Assembly: GCA_963826115.1 (NCBI GenBank)
Contig: CAWGVS010000004.1
Coordinates: 96,001 to 160,000 of the forward strand
Length of the DNA stretch: 64,000 nt
Source: an uncultured Candidatus Rokubacteria bacterium
GTDB taxonomy: Bacteria; Methylomirabilota; Methylomirabilia; Rokubacteriales; DASRDR01
Reading direction: 5' to 3'
In this document: piece after piece, positions 39,210 to 47,667 of the stretch
Layout of the letters: each line of letters starts with the position of its first letter
How positions within the stretch are numbered: position 1 is the first letter of the stretch
Position numbers and translations under genes: made by a program
Notes under the pieces: generated by a model
What the model saw: only the letters and a program-made list of their open reading frames with translations
What the model was told of the DNA's origin: nothing
Databases searched by the model: none

Positions 39210-40250
39210 CTAGACCCGGGCGAGGCGACGGAGCCAGCCGTACGACATGAGATGGTCGGTCAGGAAGGTCTTCAGGTAGTCGGTCGGCACCGCCATGACC
39301 TGGTGGCGCCAGATGCGGTCGCACGTGTAGCAGGGGAGCTCCTTCGGGATGTCGCCCGTGGCCATCTTGGCCCGGAGGTCGACCAGCCGCGAGTCGTTCC
39401 AGATCTCGCGGAGAGGCTTCTGCTTGAGGTCGCCCATGCCGAGCTTCCCGAAGAAGTCCTGGGGGCACGCGACGACGGTGCCGTCCCAGTAGACCGACGT
39501 GGAGTACCAGAGGAACGTGCAGGGCGTGAACCGCCGCCCGTCGGCGAGGAGGGCCTCGCGCGAGAGCTCGGGCACGAAGACGTCACCCGCCCAGTTGTGG
39601 GGCGTCCGCAGGACCACGCGGTCGAGCGGCAGGTCCTTGAAGTTCTCGAGGAAGGTCCGCCGGAGGCGCTTCAGCTCGTCCTTGGGCGGCGCCCCGATCT
39701 CCATGACCTGGAGCACGGTCAGCGGGTGCTTGGCGCCGAGGTCGCGCTTCAGGCGGAGGAAGCCCTTCAGGTGCTCGAGCGCCCACTCGAACTTGGCGCC
39801 CACGCGGTTCTTCTCGTACATGTCCTTCTCGTACCCGTCGAAGGAGCACGAGAGGAAGTCGAGCCCGGACTCGATGAGCGCCCGGCCCTTCTTCTCGTTG
39901 AGCAGCGTGATGTTGGTGTGCACCCGCGTGTAGAGGCCCTTGTCCCGGGCGTAGGCGACCATGTCGGCGAGCCGCGGGTGCATGAGCGGCTCGCCGCGAT
40001 GGAAGAGATTCACGTCGTAGGCGTGGTCCTTGACCTGGTCGATGATCGAGGTGTAGAGCCCGAAGTCCATGAAACCGTGGTCTTCCTTGACCACGTCCTT
40101 GTTCGGGCAGTAGCCGCACTTCAAGTTGCAGCGGCTGGTCGACTCGATCCAGAGGCGGACCGGGAGCTGCGGGACCTTCGACGCGCCCGTCCGGTAGGCC
40201 CAGAAGATGCGGGCCAGTCGCCCCATGTGACGGAGCTTCCGCGAATCCAT
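39210..40250 (-). CDS. Radical SAM protein with SPASM/twitch domain
   Basis: From ATG 40250: CNLKCGYC (CxxxCxxC), GEPLMHP, TN..LL, SFDG. C-terminal C..LW....V.WDG.V..C...G.....L.EIWN...C..C. Confidence 0.92.
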   Translation of the reverse strand: MDSRKLRHMGRLARIFWAYRTGASKVPQLPVRLWIESTSRCNLKCGYCPNKDVVKEDHGFMDFGLYTSIIDQVKDHAYDVNLFHRGEPLMHPRLADMVAYARDKGLYTRVHTNITLLNEKKGRALIESGLDFLSCSFDGYEKDMYEKNRVGAKFEWALEHLKGFLRLKRDLGAKHPLTVLQVMEIGAPPKDELKRLRRTFLENFKDLPLDRVVLRTPHNWAGDVFVPELSREALLADGRRFTPCTFLWYSTSVYWDGTVVACPQDFFGKLGMGDLKQKPLREIWNDSRLVDLRAKMATGDIPKELPCYTCDRIWRHQVMAVPTDYLKTFLTDHLMSYGWLRRLARV

Positions 40251-40257
40251 CCGACCG

Positions 40258-40266
40258 AGTATAGCA
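40258..40266 (-). promoter_or_regulatory. Extended -10 (TGcTATACT), leaderless-type
   Basis: TGCTATACT-N7-ATG(40250). Confidence 0.68.
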
Positions 40267-40297
40267 CCCGGGCTCGAGCGGCCCGCCGATCGGGCGG

Positions 40298-43075
40298 TCA
40301 GGGACTCGGGCGGACCACGTCGACCCGGCCGAGCGCGAGCGTCGTGTCGAGGGTCGGCACGAGCCCGCGCCACCAGCGATGGAGCCGCCAGCCGTTGCCG
40401 GGGCTCCAGAGTCCCGCGACCACCCGGTACGGGCCGGGGGTGGCATCGGCGGGCACGCTGATGCGACGCCGGATGCTGACGTGTTGCGGCGTCACGCCGA
40501 GCTCGGGGAGGAACCCGACCAGGGGGTAGTCGTCGCCGAAGCGCGTGCCCTGGTGGTCCGGCCCGCCGTCGGCCCGGAAGTGCGTCCAGACCATGAGGCG
40601 GCCCCACGGCGCGCGGTGGAGGCGCCAGTGGGTCGTGAGGTCGACCGTCTCGCCGGCGCGAAGGGGCTCGGGGAGGACGCCGAAGCCCACGAGCTCGGCC
40701 TGCCCCCCCATCACGGCGCCCACCGGCCGGGCCGCGGTCAGCGCGGCGTCGGCCTCGGCGGCGAGGCGCGTCGCTTCCGCCGCGTCGCCGTCCAGCGTGG
40801 CGAGCCGGGCGCGGAGGCGCCAGAGCTCGACGTGGACGCGCTCCGTCCCGAGTGCCCGCGCGGCCTCGGCGTAGGCGGCGCGCGCGTCGCCCACGAGCCC
40901 CAGCGCCGCGAGCCGCGTGGCGTGCTCGAGTGGCGACCGCACCGTCGCCCGCAGGCGCGCCGTCAGCCGGGCGAAGGCCTCGTAGCCGGCGGGGTCGTCG
41001 GGATCACGGTCCATGGCCTCGTGGTACCGAAGGAGCGCGGGGCCGGGCTGCCCGGCGTTCTCGCGTCGGCGCCCCTCGTCCACGAGCGCGGCGGTGGCAT
41101 CCCGCGCGCCCGTCGGCGCGGGGCCCAGGACGAAGAGCTCCGCGACGCTCCAGCGGCCGGGCGGCCCCTTCTCGACGAGCCGGAGCCGCCGGGTGGTGAC
41201 CGGCGAGAAGCGGACCGTCAGCGTCCGGCTCGGCGTGAGCCGGATGGCGCCGTTCTCCCAGCGCGCCGCGATGCCTTGGGGCGCGAGCGAGAGCAGCTGC
41301 TTCCAGCCGGAGCCGGTCGGGTCGGCCAGCACGACGAGCTCGTCGGGCACGCGCTCGGCCCGGTCGTTCACGAGGATGACCCCGCTGACCGCGCGCTCCG
41401 CCCCGAGGTCCACCTCGATCCAGGCCGAGCCGCTCGGGCCCCGGACGCTCGACCACCCGGTGTCGAGCCGCGCGTCCAGCATGCTCGCCGCCTCGCCGCG
41501 GCCGTCGGCCGCGCGGACCGTGAAGCCCGCGCGCGGGAGCGACCGCGCCGCGGGCGGCGGCATGAAGTCGTGGAAGATGTGGTACTCGCCGACCACGTCT
41601 TCCCGGGCCGTGATCTGCATGACCTCGAGCCAGGCCCGGAACGTCTCCACGCCGGCCTGGACGACGTAGCCTGGACGGGGGGACCGGTCGGCGGCCAGGG
41701 TGTGCGGCGGATAGCGGTCGTTGAACGGCTGGGCGACGATGATGCCGCCGGGCGCCTCGAAGGTGAGGCGCGCGGCGAGCCAGTAGTCGAAGGCGTAGGC
41801 CTCGCGGAGGTCGAGCCGCCGGAGCGCCTCGAACACGCGCGCGTCGGCTGCGCGCTCCTGTCGGTAGCGGAGGCGCGCCTCGGCCGAGAGGGCCGTGATG
41901 TCGGGCGCGAGGTCGAGCCCGACCGCGAAGAGGTACGCCGCCACCCACACGACGGTCCCGACGCGGCTCCTGCGCCAGCTCAGCTGGGCCGCCCGCGCGA
42001 GCACCAGCGCGAGGAGCGGCACCAGGGGCAGGAGGTACCGGGGGACGCGGACGTACCCGCCGTACCACACGACGCCGAGCGTCACCGCGATGCCGATCAG
42101 GAGCAGGGCCTCGCCGGCGCGGCCGACGTCGCGGCGGAGCCGTCCGAGGCCGACGACGACGCGCGCCAGCAGGAGGAGGACCGCGCCGCCGACCACCACC
42201 GGGATCGTCCACGCGAGCGGCCCGGGCAGGTGGGCCGGCTGGTCCGTCGCGGCCCGGACACCCAGGACGACCGGCAGCAGGTCGACGAAGAGGATCCGTG
42301 CCGCCTCCGCGCCGGAGAGGCGGCCCTGGAACCGCGCGCCGGTCGACACCGTCGCCCAGTCGTGTACGAGGTTGTAGACCCAGAACGGCAGGCTCCCGAG
42401 GAGGAACGCGCCCACCCCGAGCCACGCCGCGCGCCGGAACGGCAGGGCCGGCTCCGCGAGGAGGAGGCCGATCAGGGCCGGGATGAGGGCGTCGATGATC
42501 TGGAAGTTGAAGTAGAGCCCAAGGCCGCCGACCAGCCCCATGGCGATCGCCACGCGGCACCGGGCCGGCTCGGACAGGGGGCGCGCGAGCCACAGCGCCG
42601 CGCCGACCAGGACGACCTGTCCCACGAGGAGGTGCTCCACGTAGTAGGACCGGGCAAGCGTGTAGTTGGCCGCGACGTAGGCGGCCACGACGGTGGTGAA
42701 CAGGATGCCGAGCAGGCCCGCCGCCCGGCCGAACAGGAGCGCTCCCGTGCGGTACACCGCGACGGCCAGCGCGAGCGTGCCGAGCGCCGGGACCAGATCG
42801 AGCACGCGGCGCGTCACGCCGAAGAGGAAGAAGAGGGGCGCGGCCGCGTAGGACTCGGGCACCCCGGCGTGGTCCTGCATCAAGAAGAAGATCGGGAACT
42901 CGCCCCGCAGGATGTAGACGCCCATCAGGCCGGTGATCGCCTGGTCGGCATCGAGACGGGGGAACGCCAGGTAGAGCCCGAGGAGGACTCCGAGGAGGCC
43001 GAAGAGCACCCAGAGCCAGAGGTCGGGCGCGCGCCGGTGGAGGGCCCGGCCCGGCGCCGGGCCGGGCCGGCTCAC
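40298..43075 (-). CDS. GT-C-fold (ArnT-like) glycosyltransferase with discoidin, TPR-like helical and C-terminal Ig-like domains
   Basis: From GTG 43075: LDADQAI.GLM...I..GE.P.FF..Q...G..E.Y, many TM helices, PRYLLPL, DYW.A..LTF. Then a discoidin module (D.RLDTGW...WIEVDLG...WSVAEL), an Ala-rich helical segment and G.Y.V..GL. Confidence 0.83.
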   Translation of the reverse strand: MSRPGPAPGRALHRRAPDLWLWVLFGLLGVLLGLYLAFPRLDADQAITGLMGVYILRGEFPIFFLMQDHAGVPESYAAAPLFFLFGVTRRVLDLVPALGTLALAVAVYRTGALLFGRAAGLLGILFTTVVAAYVAANYTLARSYYVEHLLVGQVVLVGAALWLARPLSEPARCRVAIAMGLVGGLGLYFNFQIIDALIPALIGLLLAEPALPFRRAAWLGVGAFLLGSLPFWVYNLVHDWATVSTGARFQGRLSGAEAARILFVDLLPVVLGVRAATDQPAHLPGPLAWTIPVVVGGAVLLLLARVVVGLGRLRRDVGRAGEALLLIGIAVTLGVVWYGGYVRVPRYLLPLVPLLALVLARAAQLSWRRSRVGTVVWVAAYLFAVGLDLAPDITALSAEARLRYRQERAADARVFEALRRLDLREAYAFDYWLAARLTFEAPGGIIVAQPFNDRYPPHTLAADRSPRPGYVVQAGVETFRAWLEVMQITAREDVVGEYHIFHDFMPPPAARSLPRAGFTVRAADGRGEAASMLDARLDTGWSSVRGPSGSAWIEVDLGAERAVSGVILVNDRAERVPDELVVLADPTGSGWKQLLSLAPQGIAARWENGAIRLTPSRTLTVRFSPVTTRRLRLVEKGPPGRWSVAELFVLGPAPTGARDATAALVDEGRRRENAGQPGPALLRYHEAMDRDPDDPAGYEAFARLTARLRATVRSPLEHATRLAALGLVGDARAAYAEAARALGTERVHVELWRLRARLATLDGDAAEATRLAAEADAALTAARPVGAVMGGQAELVGFGVLPEPLRAGETVDLTTHWRLHRAPWGRLMVWTHFRADGGPDHQGTRFGDDYPLVGFLPELGVTPQHVSIRRRISVPADATPGPYRVVAGLWSPGNGWRLHRWWRGLVPTLDTTLALGRVDVVRPSP

Positions 43076-43127
43076 CGGGCGGTCGTGGCCCGGCGGGCGC
43101 CGATTGGCCGGGCGGCGGCCCGTGGGC

Positions 43128-43871
43128 TCACCGCCGGGCCAGCCGGAGGCGGAACACCGAGGCCAGGTACGTCCAGAGGTACGCGGAGAAGCGCGTCTTG
43201 GACTCGCCGCCCTTCCGGAACCGGTACACCGTCGGGATCTCCAGCACCCGGCCGCCGTGGTGCACCACGTGGTGCAGGAACCGGATCGCGTAGTCGCCAT
43301 AGCCGTAGAAGACGGCGTTCGCGTCGAGCCCGCGCAGGAGCGCCGGCCGGAAGGTGAGGTAGCCAGAGAGGTTGTCGTGGATGCGGAGGCCCAGCACCAT
43401 GCGGATCAGGATGTTGAAGGCGTAGGAGCCCCAGTACCGGAACCGCGACGTGAGCATGCCGCCGCCGAGCACGTAGCGGGAGCCGATCACCACATCGAAG
43501 TCCTCGACGCAGCGGACCATCAGCGGCAGGAGGACGGGGTCGTGGTTGCCGTCGGAGTCCATGACCACGACGACGTCGCCCCGCGCGTGCTGGATCCCCC
43601 AGAGGATGGCGCTCGCGAGCCCCCGCTCGCCCCGGCGCACGTGGACGCGCACGCCGGGGTCGGCCCGGAAGACCGTCTCGACGTGCGCGGCCGTGCCGTC
43701 GGGCGACGCGTCGTCCACGACCAGGACCTCGATCTCGAGCCCCGCCCCGCGGGCGACCCCCAGGATCTCGGCGACGAGCTCGGCGATGCCCTCCTGCTCG
43801 TTGTAGGTGGGCAGGATGACCGAGACCACGGGTTCCGTCCTAGCTCCGGAGGGGCGTGCCGGCGTGCTCAT
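43128..43871 (-). CDS. GT2 polyprenol monophosphomannose synthase (Dpm1)-like
   Basis: SVILPTYNE, VVDD.SPDGT, RGLASAI..G, VMD.D..H.P, IGSRYV.GG, R..GESK. Confidence 0.9.
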   Translation of the reverse strand: MSTPARPSGARTEPVVSVILPTYNEQEGIAELVAEILGVARGAGLEIEVLVVDDASPDGTAAHVETVFRADPGVRVHVRRGERGLASAILWGIQHARGDVVVVMDSDGNHDPVLLPLMVRCVEDFDVVIGSRYVLGGGMLTSRFRYWGSYAFNILIRMVLGLRIHDNLSGYLTFRPALLRGLDANAVFYGYGDYAIRFLHHVVHHGGRVLEIPTVYRFRKGGESKTRFSAYLWTYLASVFRLRLARR

Positions 43872-43887
43872 GGTCCCGGGACGTCCG

Positions 43888-44982
43888 TCAGCGGGGGGCG
43901 AGCGCCCGCAGCGCTTCGCACACCGTGGCGATCTCCTCGAGGCGGAGGCCGGTCCCGGAGGGCAGGTTGATGCCCTTGGCGCTGAGCGCGGTCGCCACGG
44001 GGAACGGGGCGTCCTGCCGGTACGGCGGCAGCTCGTGGAGCGGCACGAAGAACGGGCGGGAGTCGATCCCGCGCGCCCGGAGCCCCGCGATCACGGCGTC
44101 GCGGCTCACGCCGAACTCCGGCTCGACGAGCACCGAGTACATCCAGTACACGTTGTGGGCCCAGGGCTCGGCGGGCGGCCGCGTGAGTCCGGGAATGCCG
44201 GCCAGGCCGGCCTCGTAGGCGCCGGCGATCGCCTTCCGCCGGCCGAGGATGGCGTCCGCCTGCTCGAGCTGCGCGCAGCCGATTGCCGCCTGGATGTTGG
44301 TCATGCGGTAATTGAAGCCGATCTCCGGGTGATAGTAGCGGCGACGGGGATCCATCGCGTGATCCCGGAGGAACGCCGCCCGCTCGGCGAGCGCCGCGTC
44401 GTTGGTCACGACGATGCCGCCCTCGCCGGTCGTGATGATCTTGTTGCCGTAGAAGGAAAACGCGCCGATGCGTCCGAGGGCGCCGACCCGCCGCCCCTTG
44501 TAGCGCGCGCCGTGCGCTTCGGCGGCGTCCTCGACGATGTCCAGCCGGTGCTCGGCGGCCAGGGCGAGGAGCGGATCCATGTCCACCGGGTGCCCGTAGA
44601 GGTGTACGGGGATGATGGCGCGGGTACGCGCGGTGAGTTTCCGCCCCGCGTCGGCGGGATCCATGCCCCAAGTTCGCGCATCGGAATCGACCAGCACCGG
44701 CGTCGCCCCCGTGTAGCAGACGACGTTGGCCGTCGACACGAAGGTCAGGTCCGGCACCAGCACCTCGTCACCCGGCCCGATGCCGAGAGTGGCCAGACAG
44801 AGGTGGAGCGCCGTGGTGCCGTTCGACGTCGCCACGGCGTGCCGGGCCTCGCAGAACGTCGCGAAGTCCCGCTCGAAGCGCCCGACGTACGAGCCGAGGG
44901 ACGAGATCCAGCCCGTGTCCACGCAGTCGAGGACGTACCGGCGCACGTTCTCGGAGAGCCAGGGGGCGAAGACCGGGATCAT
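43888..44982 (-). CDS. DegT/DnrJ/EryC1/StrS aminotransferase (perosamine synthase-like)
   Basis: From ATG 44982: GWISS.G.Y...FE, SNGT.ALH, VHLYGHP.DM, EDAAEAHG, FSFYGNKIITTGEGG, GFNYRMTN.QAA.G.AQ, LPSG. Confidence 0.92.
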   Translation of the reverse strand: MIPVFAPWLSENVRRYVLDCVDTGWISSLGSYVGRFERDFATFCEARHAVATSNGTTALHLCLATLGIGPGDEVLVPDLTFVSTANVVCYTGATPVLVDSDARTWGMDPADAGRKLTARTRAIIPVHLYGHPVDMDPLLALAAEHRLDIVEDAAEAHGARYKGRRVGALGRIGAFSFYGNKIITTGEGGIVVTNDAALAERAAFLRDHAMDPRRRYYHPEIGFNYRMTNIQAAIGCAQLEQADAILGRRKAIAGAYEAGLAGIPGLTRPPAEPWAHNVYWMYSVLVEPEFGVSRDAVIAGLRARGIDSRPFFVPLHELPPYRQDAPFPVATALSAKGINLPSGTGLRLEEIATVCEALRALAPR

Positions 44983-46217
44983 CCGCGCTCCTCGCGCACC
45001 TCGGCCACGGCCTGACACACGTAAGCCACCTCGGCCTCCGTGAGGGTCGCGCCCGAGGGCAGGTAGAGCCCGCGTCGGCAGAGCTCCTCGGCGATGGGGA
45101 ACCGCTGCCCGCGGAACAGCTCATAGTAGATCGGCTGGAGGTGAATGGGAATGAAGAAGGTGCGCGTCTCGATCCCCCGGCGCGCGAGGCGCTGCCGGAG
45201 CTCGTCGCGGGAGATGCCGAACTCGTCCTCGACGACGACCCCGTACATCCAGTAGACGTTCTTGGCCCACGACTTCTCGACCGGCAGGGTGAGCCCGGGG
45301 ATCCGCTTGAGCCGCGCCGAGTAGCGGGCGGCGTTGTCGCGGCGGATGCGCACGAACTCGTCCAGGCGCTCGACCTGGGCCAAGCCCACCGCGGCCTGCA
45401 TGTTCGTCATCCGGTAGTTGAACCCCAGGTACTTGTGCCAGAAGTGCCGCTCGTCGGAGAAGGCGTGGTCGCGAAGCCGACGCCCGAGACGGGCCATCTC
45501 GAGGTTGTTCGTCGTGACCATCCCGCCCTCGCCGGTCGTGATGATCTTGTTCGCGTAGAAGGAGAAGGACGATGCCTGACCGATGCTCCCGACCGGCCGT
45601 CCCCGGTAGGTCGCGCCGTGGGCCTCCGCGGCGTCCTCCAGGACCCACAGGCCGTGGCGCTCCGCCAGCGCCATGACCGCATCCATGTCGACGGGGTGCC
45701 CGTAGGTGTGAACCACGATGATGCCCTTCGTGCGCGGCGTGATGGCGTCCGCGAGGCGCGCCGTGTCCGGATTCCACGTGTCGCGCTCCGAGTCGACCAG
45801 CACCGAGGTGGCGCCGGTATACCGGACCGCGTTCGCGGTCGCGATCATGGTGAAGGCGGGCAGGATCACCTCGTCCCCCGGCTCCAGCCCGAACGTCACC
45901 AGCGCGAGGTGGAGCGACGTCGTCCCGTTCGAGCAGGCCACGCCGTACCGGCACCCGACCGCCTGGGCGAAGGCGTCCTCGAACTCCCGGACGAAGCGGC
46001 CGGCCGAGGAGATCCAGTTCGACTGGATGCACTGGGTGAGGTAGCGGAGCTCGTTCCCGTCGAGGCGCGGGTCCGAGACGGGGATGATCTGGCGCGTCAG
46101 CGCCTCCTCCACGACCGGGATGCGGGGCAGGCGGAACTCGAGCGCGGGCTCGGGCCCCGGCACGATCCGGAGGAGGTCGGCCATGACGTGCTCGGGCAGG
46201 CGGGTCTCTTCGATCAC
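44979..46217 (-). CDS. DegT-family aminotransferase (perosamine synthase-like) with N-terminal extension
   Basis: From GTG 46217: NWISS.G.F...FE, SNGT.SLH, EDAAEAHG, FSFYANKIITTGEGG, GFNYRMTN.QAA.G.AQ, LYLPSG. Confidence 0.92.
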   Translation of the reverse strand: MIEETRLPEHVMADLLRIVPGPEPALEFRLPRIPVVEEALTRQIIPVSDPRLDGNELRYLTQCIQSNWISSAGRFVREFEDAFAQAVGCRYGVACSNGTTSLHLALVTFGLEPGDEVILPAFTMIATANAVRYTGATSVLVDSERDTWNPDTARLADAITPRTKGIIVVHTYGHPVDMDAVMALAERHGLWVLEDAAEAHGATYRGRPVGSIGQASSFSFYANKIITTGEGGMVTTNNLEMARLGRRLRDHAFSDERHFWHKYLGFNYRMTNMQAAVGLAQVERLDEFVRIRRDNAARYSARLKRIPGLTLPVEKSWAKNVYWMYGVVVEDEFGISRDELRQRLARRGIETRTFFIPIHLQPIYYELFRGQRFPIAEELCRRGLYLPSGATLTEAEVAYVCQAVAEVREERG

Positions 46218-46939
46218 GACCGGTCCTCCTCGGTGCGGCTCTCCCGTCGGAGCCGCCGGATCGTTTGGGCGTAGCGCAGCCCCAGAGCCGCGAACCGGCG
46301 CAGGTTCGGGCTGGTCTTCGTCGTGCCCGCGCGTCGCTCCACGCACGTGTACGGCACCTCGACGACGCGGAGCCCTTGGCGGCACGCCCGGTGGAGAAAG
46401 TCGATGCAGTAGTCCCCGTAGGCGTGGTCAGCCCGGATGGGCACGCGCTGGAGCGCGGTGCGCCTGGCCGCCACGAACCCCGAGGTCCAGTCCCGGACCG
46501 GCCCGCCGAGCGAGAGCGTGCCGAAGGCGTTGATCGCGCGCGACGCCAGGATGCGTGCCGCGGAGTCCCGAGCGTCTCGGCCTCCGGCGGCGTACCGCGA
46601 GGCTACCGCGACGTCGGCGGCCGCCGTCGCCTCCACGAGCCGCGGGATGACGTCGGCGGGCATGGAGCCGTCGGCGTCGAGCCACGCCACCACCTCGCCC
46701 TTCGTCTCCGTAACACCCTCCGCGATGGCCGAGGCGAGGCCGCGCCGGCCCACCCGGCGGAGGGCGCGCGCGCGCCCGTCGCCGGCGAAGGCGGCGTCCA
46801 CCACTTCCCAGGTGCGGTCGGGCGAGTCGTCGTCAATGACCAGCACCTCGACGTCCCCCACCGCGTCGAGGATCTCGCGAACGACGCCGACGATCACCTC
46901 GCTCTCGTTGTACGTGGGCAGCACGACCGAGGCCGTCAC
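46214..46939 (-). CDS. GT2 Dpm1-like polyprenol-phosphate glycosyltransferase
   Basis: From GTG 46939: SVVLPTYNE, DDDSPD.T, RGLASAI..G, WLDADGS.P, D.TSGF, YGDY.I.FL (shared with 43128..43871). Confidence 0.88.
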   Translation of the reverse strand: MTASVVLPTYNESEVIVGVVREILDAVGDVEVLVIDDDSPDRTWEVVDAAFAGDGRARALRRVGRRGLASAIAEGVTETKGEVVAWLDADGSMPADVIPRLVEATAAADVAVASRYAAGGRDARDSAARILASRAINAFGTLSLGGPVRDWTSGFVAARRTALQRVPIRADHAYGDYCIDFLHRACRQGLRVVEVPYTCVERRAGTTKTSPNLRRFAALGLRYAQTIRRLRRESRTEEDRS

Positions 46940-47664
46940 GCCGCCGCCTTCCGCGCCACTAGCACGACCGAGCTGCCGAACGGCAGGGAGCCGAGCCGGA
47001 GGAGCGCCCGCTCGACCGCCTGGACGCCGAGGAGCGCGGCGTTGAGCGGACGGGGCAGCGCGAAGACGTCGGACCCCCCCGCCGCCCCGCGGCGCGCGAG
47101 GCGCACGGCCGCTACCGCCGGGAAGACGAGACAGTAGGCGTAGGACGCGAGCACCGGCGTGAAGCCCGCCGCGCGGACGTGCCGGACGAGCTCGCGCCGC
47201 GTGTACCGGCGGGCGCCGTGGACGGCGTCGTCGTGCGCCGAGCGCAGCCACTGGAACGCGGAGTCGGTGAGCAGGAGCAGCCCGCCCGGGCGGAGAACCC
47301 GGTGACACTCGCGCAGCGCCCCGCCTTCCGACACAACGTTCCGATGATAGAGCAGGTCCAGGCAGAGGCACGCCGCAAACGTGGCGTCGCGGAACGGCAG
47401 GGCCTCGGCGACGCTCCCGGCCAGGCCCCGGAGCCCGCGCCGCCGGGAGAGGCCGAGGGCGGCCGGATCGGCGTCGACGCCCAGCCACGTGCCCTGCGCC
47501 GCGAGGACCGCCAGGGTGCCGCCCGCCCCGCAGCCCACGTCGAGCCCCGGACCGGCGACGGCGCCGTACCGCCGGAGCAGCGACAGGACCAGCGTGCGCT
47601 TGGACCGGAACCACCAGTGCGTGTCCTCGAGGGCGAAGTGCTCGGTGAACACCTGCGCGTCCAT
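46936..47664 (-). CDS. Class I SAM-dependent methyltransferase (glycan-locus type)
   Basis: E..HWWF...R, LDVGCG.G, LPF.D..F, RVLRPGG, S.HD...H..RRY, P.G.S. Confidence 0.9.
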   Translation of the reverse strand: MDAQVFTEHFALEDTHWWFRSKRTLVLSLLRRYGAVAGPGLDVGCGAGGTLAVLAAQGTWLGVDADPAALGLSRRRGLRGLAGSVAEALPFRDATFAACLCLDLLYHRNVVSEGGALRECHRVLRPGGLLLLTDSAFQWLRSAHDDAVHGARRYTRRELVRHVRAAGFTPVLASYAYCLVFPAVAAVRLARRGAAGGSDVFALPRPLNAALLGVQAVERALLRLGSLPFGSSVVLVARKAAA

Positions 47665-47667
47665 CGA

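Noticed and set aside
39210-40250. Radical SAM/SPASM as a RiPP maturase
   Set aside because: No RRE domain or adjacent precursor peptide; flanked by sugar-nucleotide genes.
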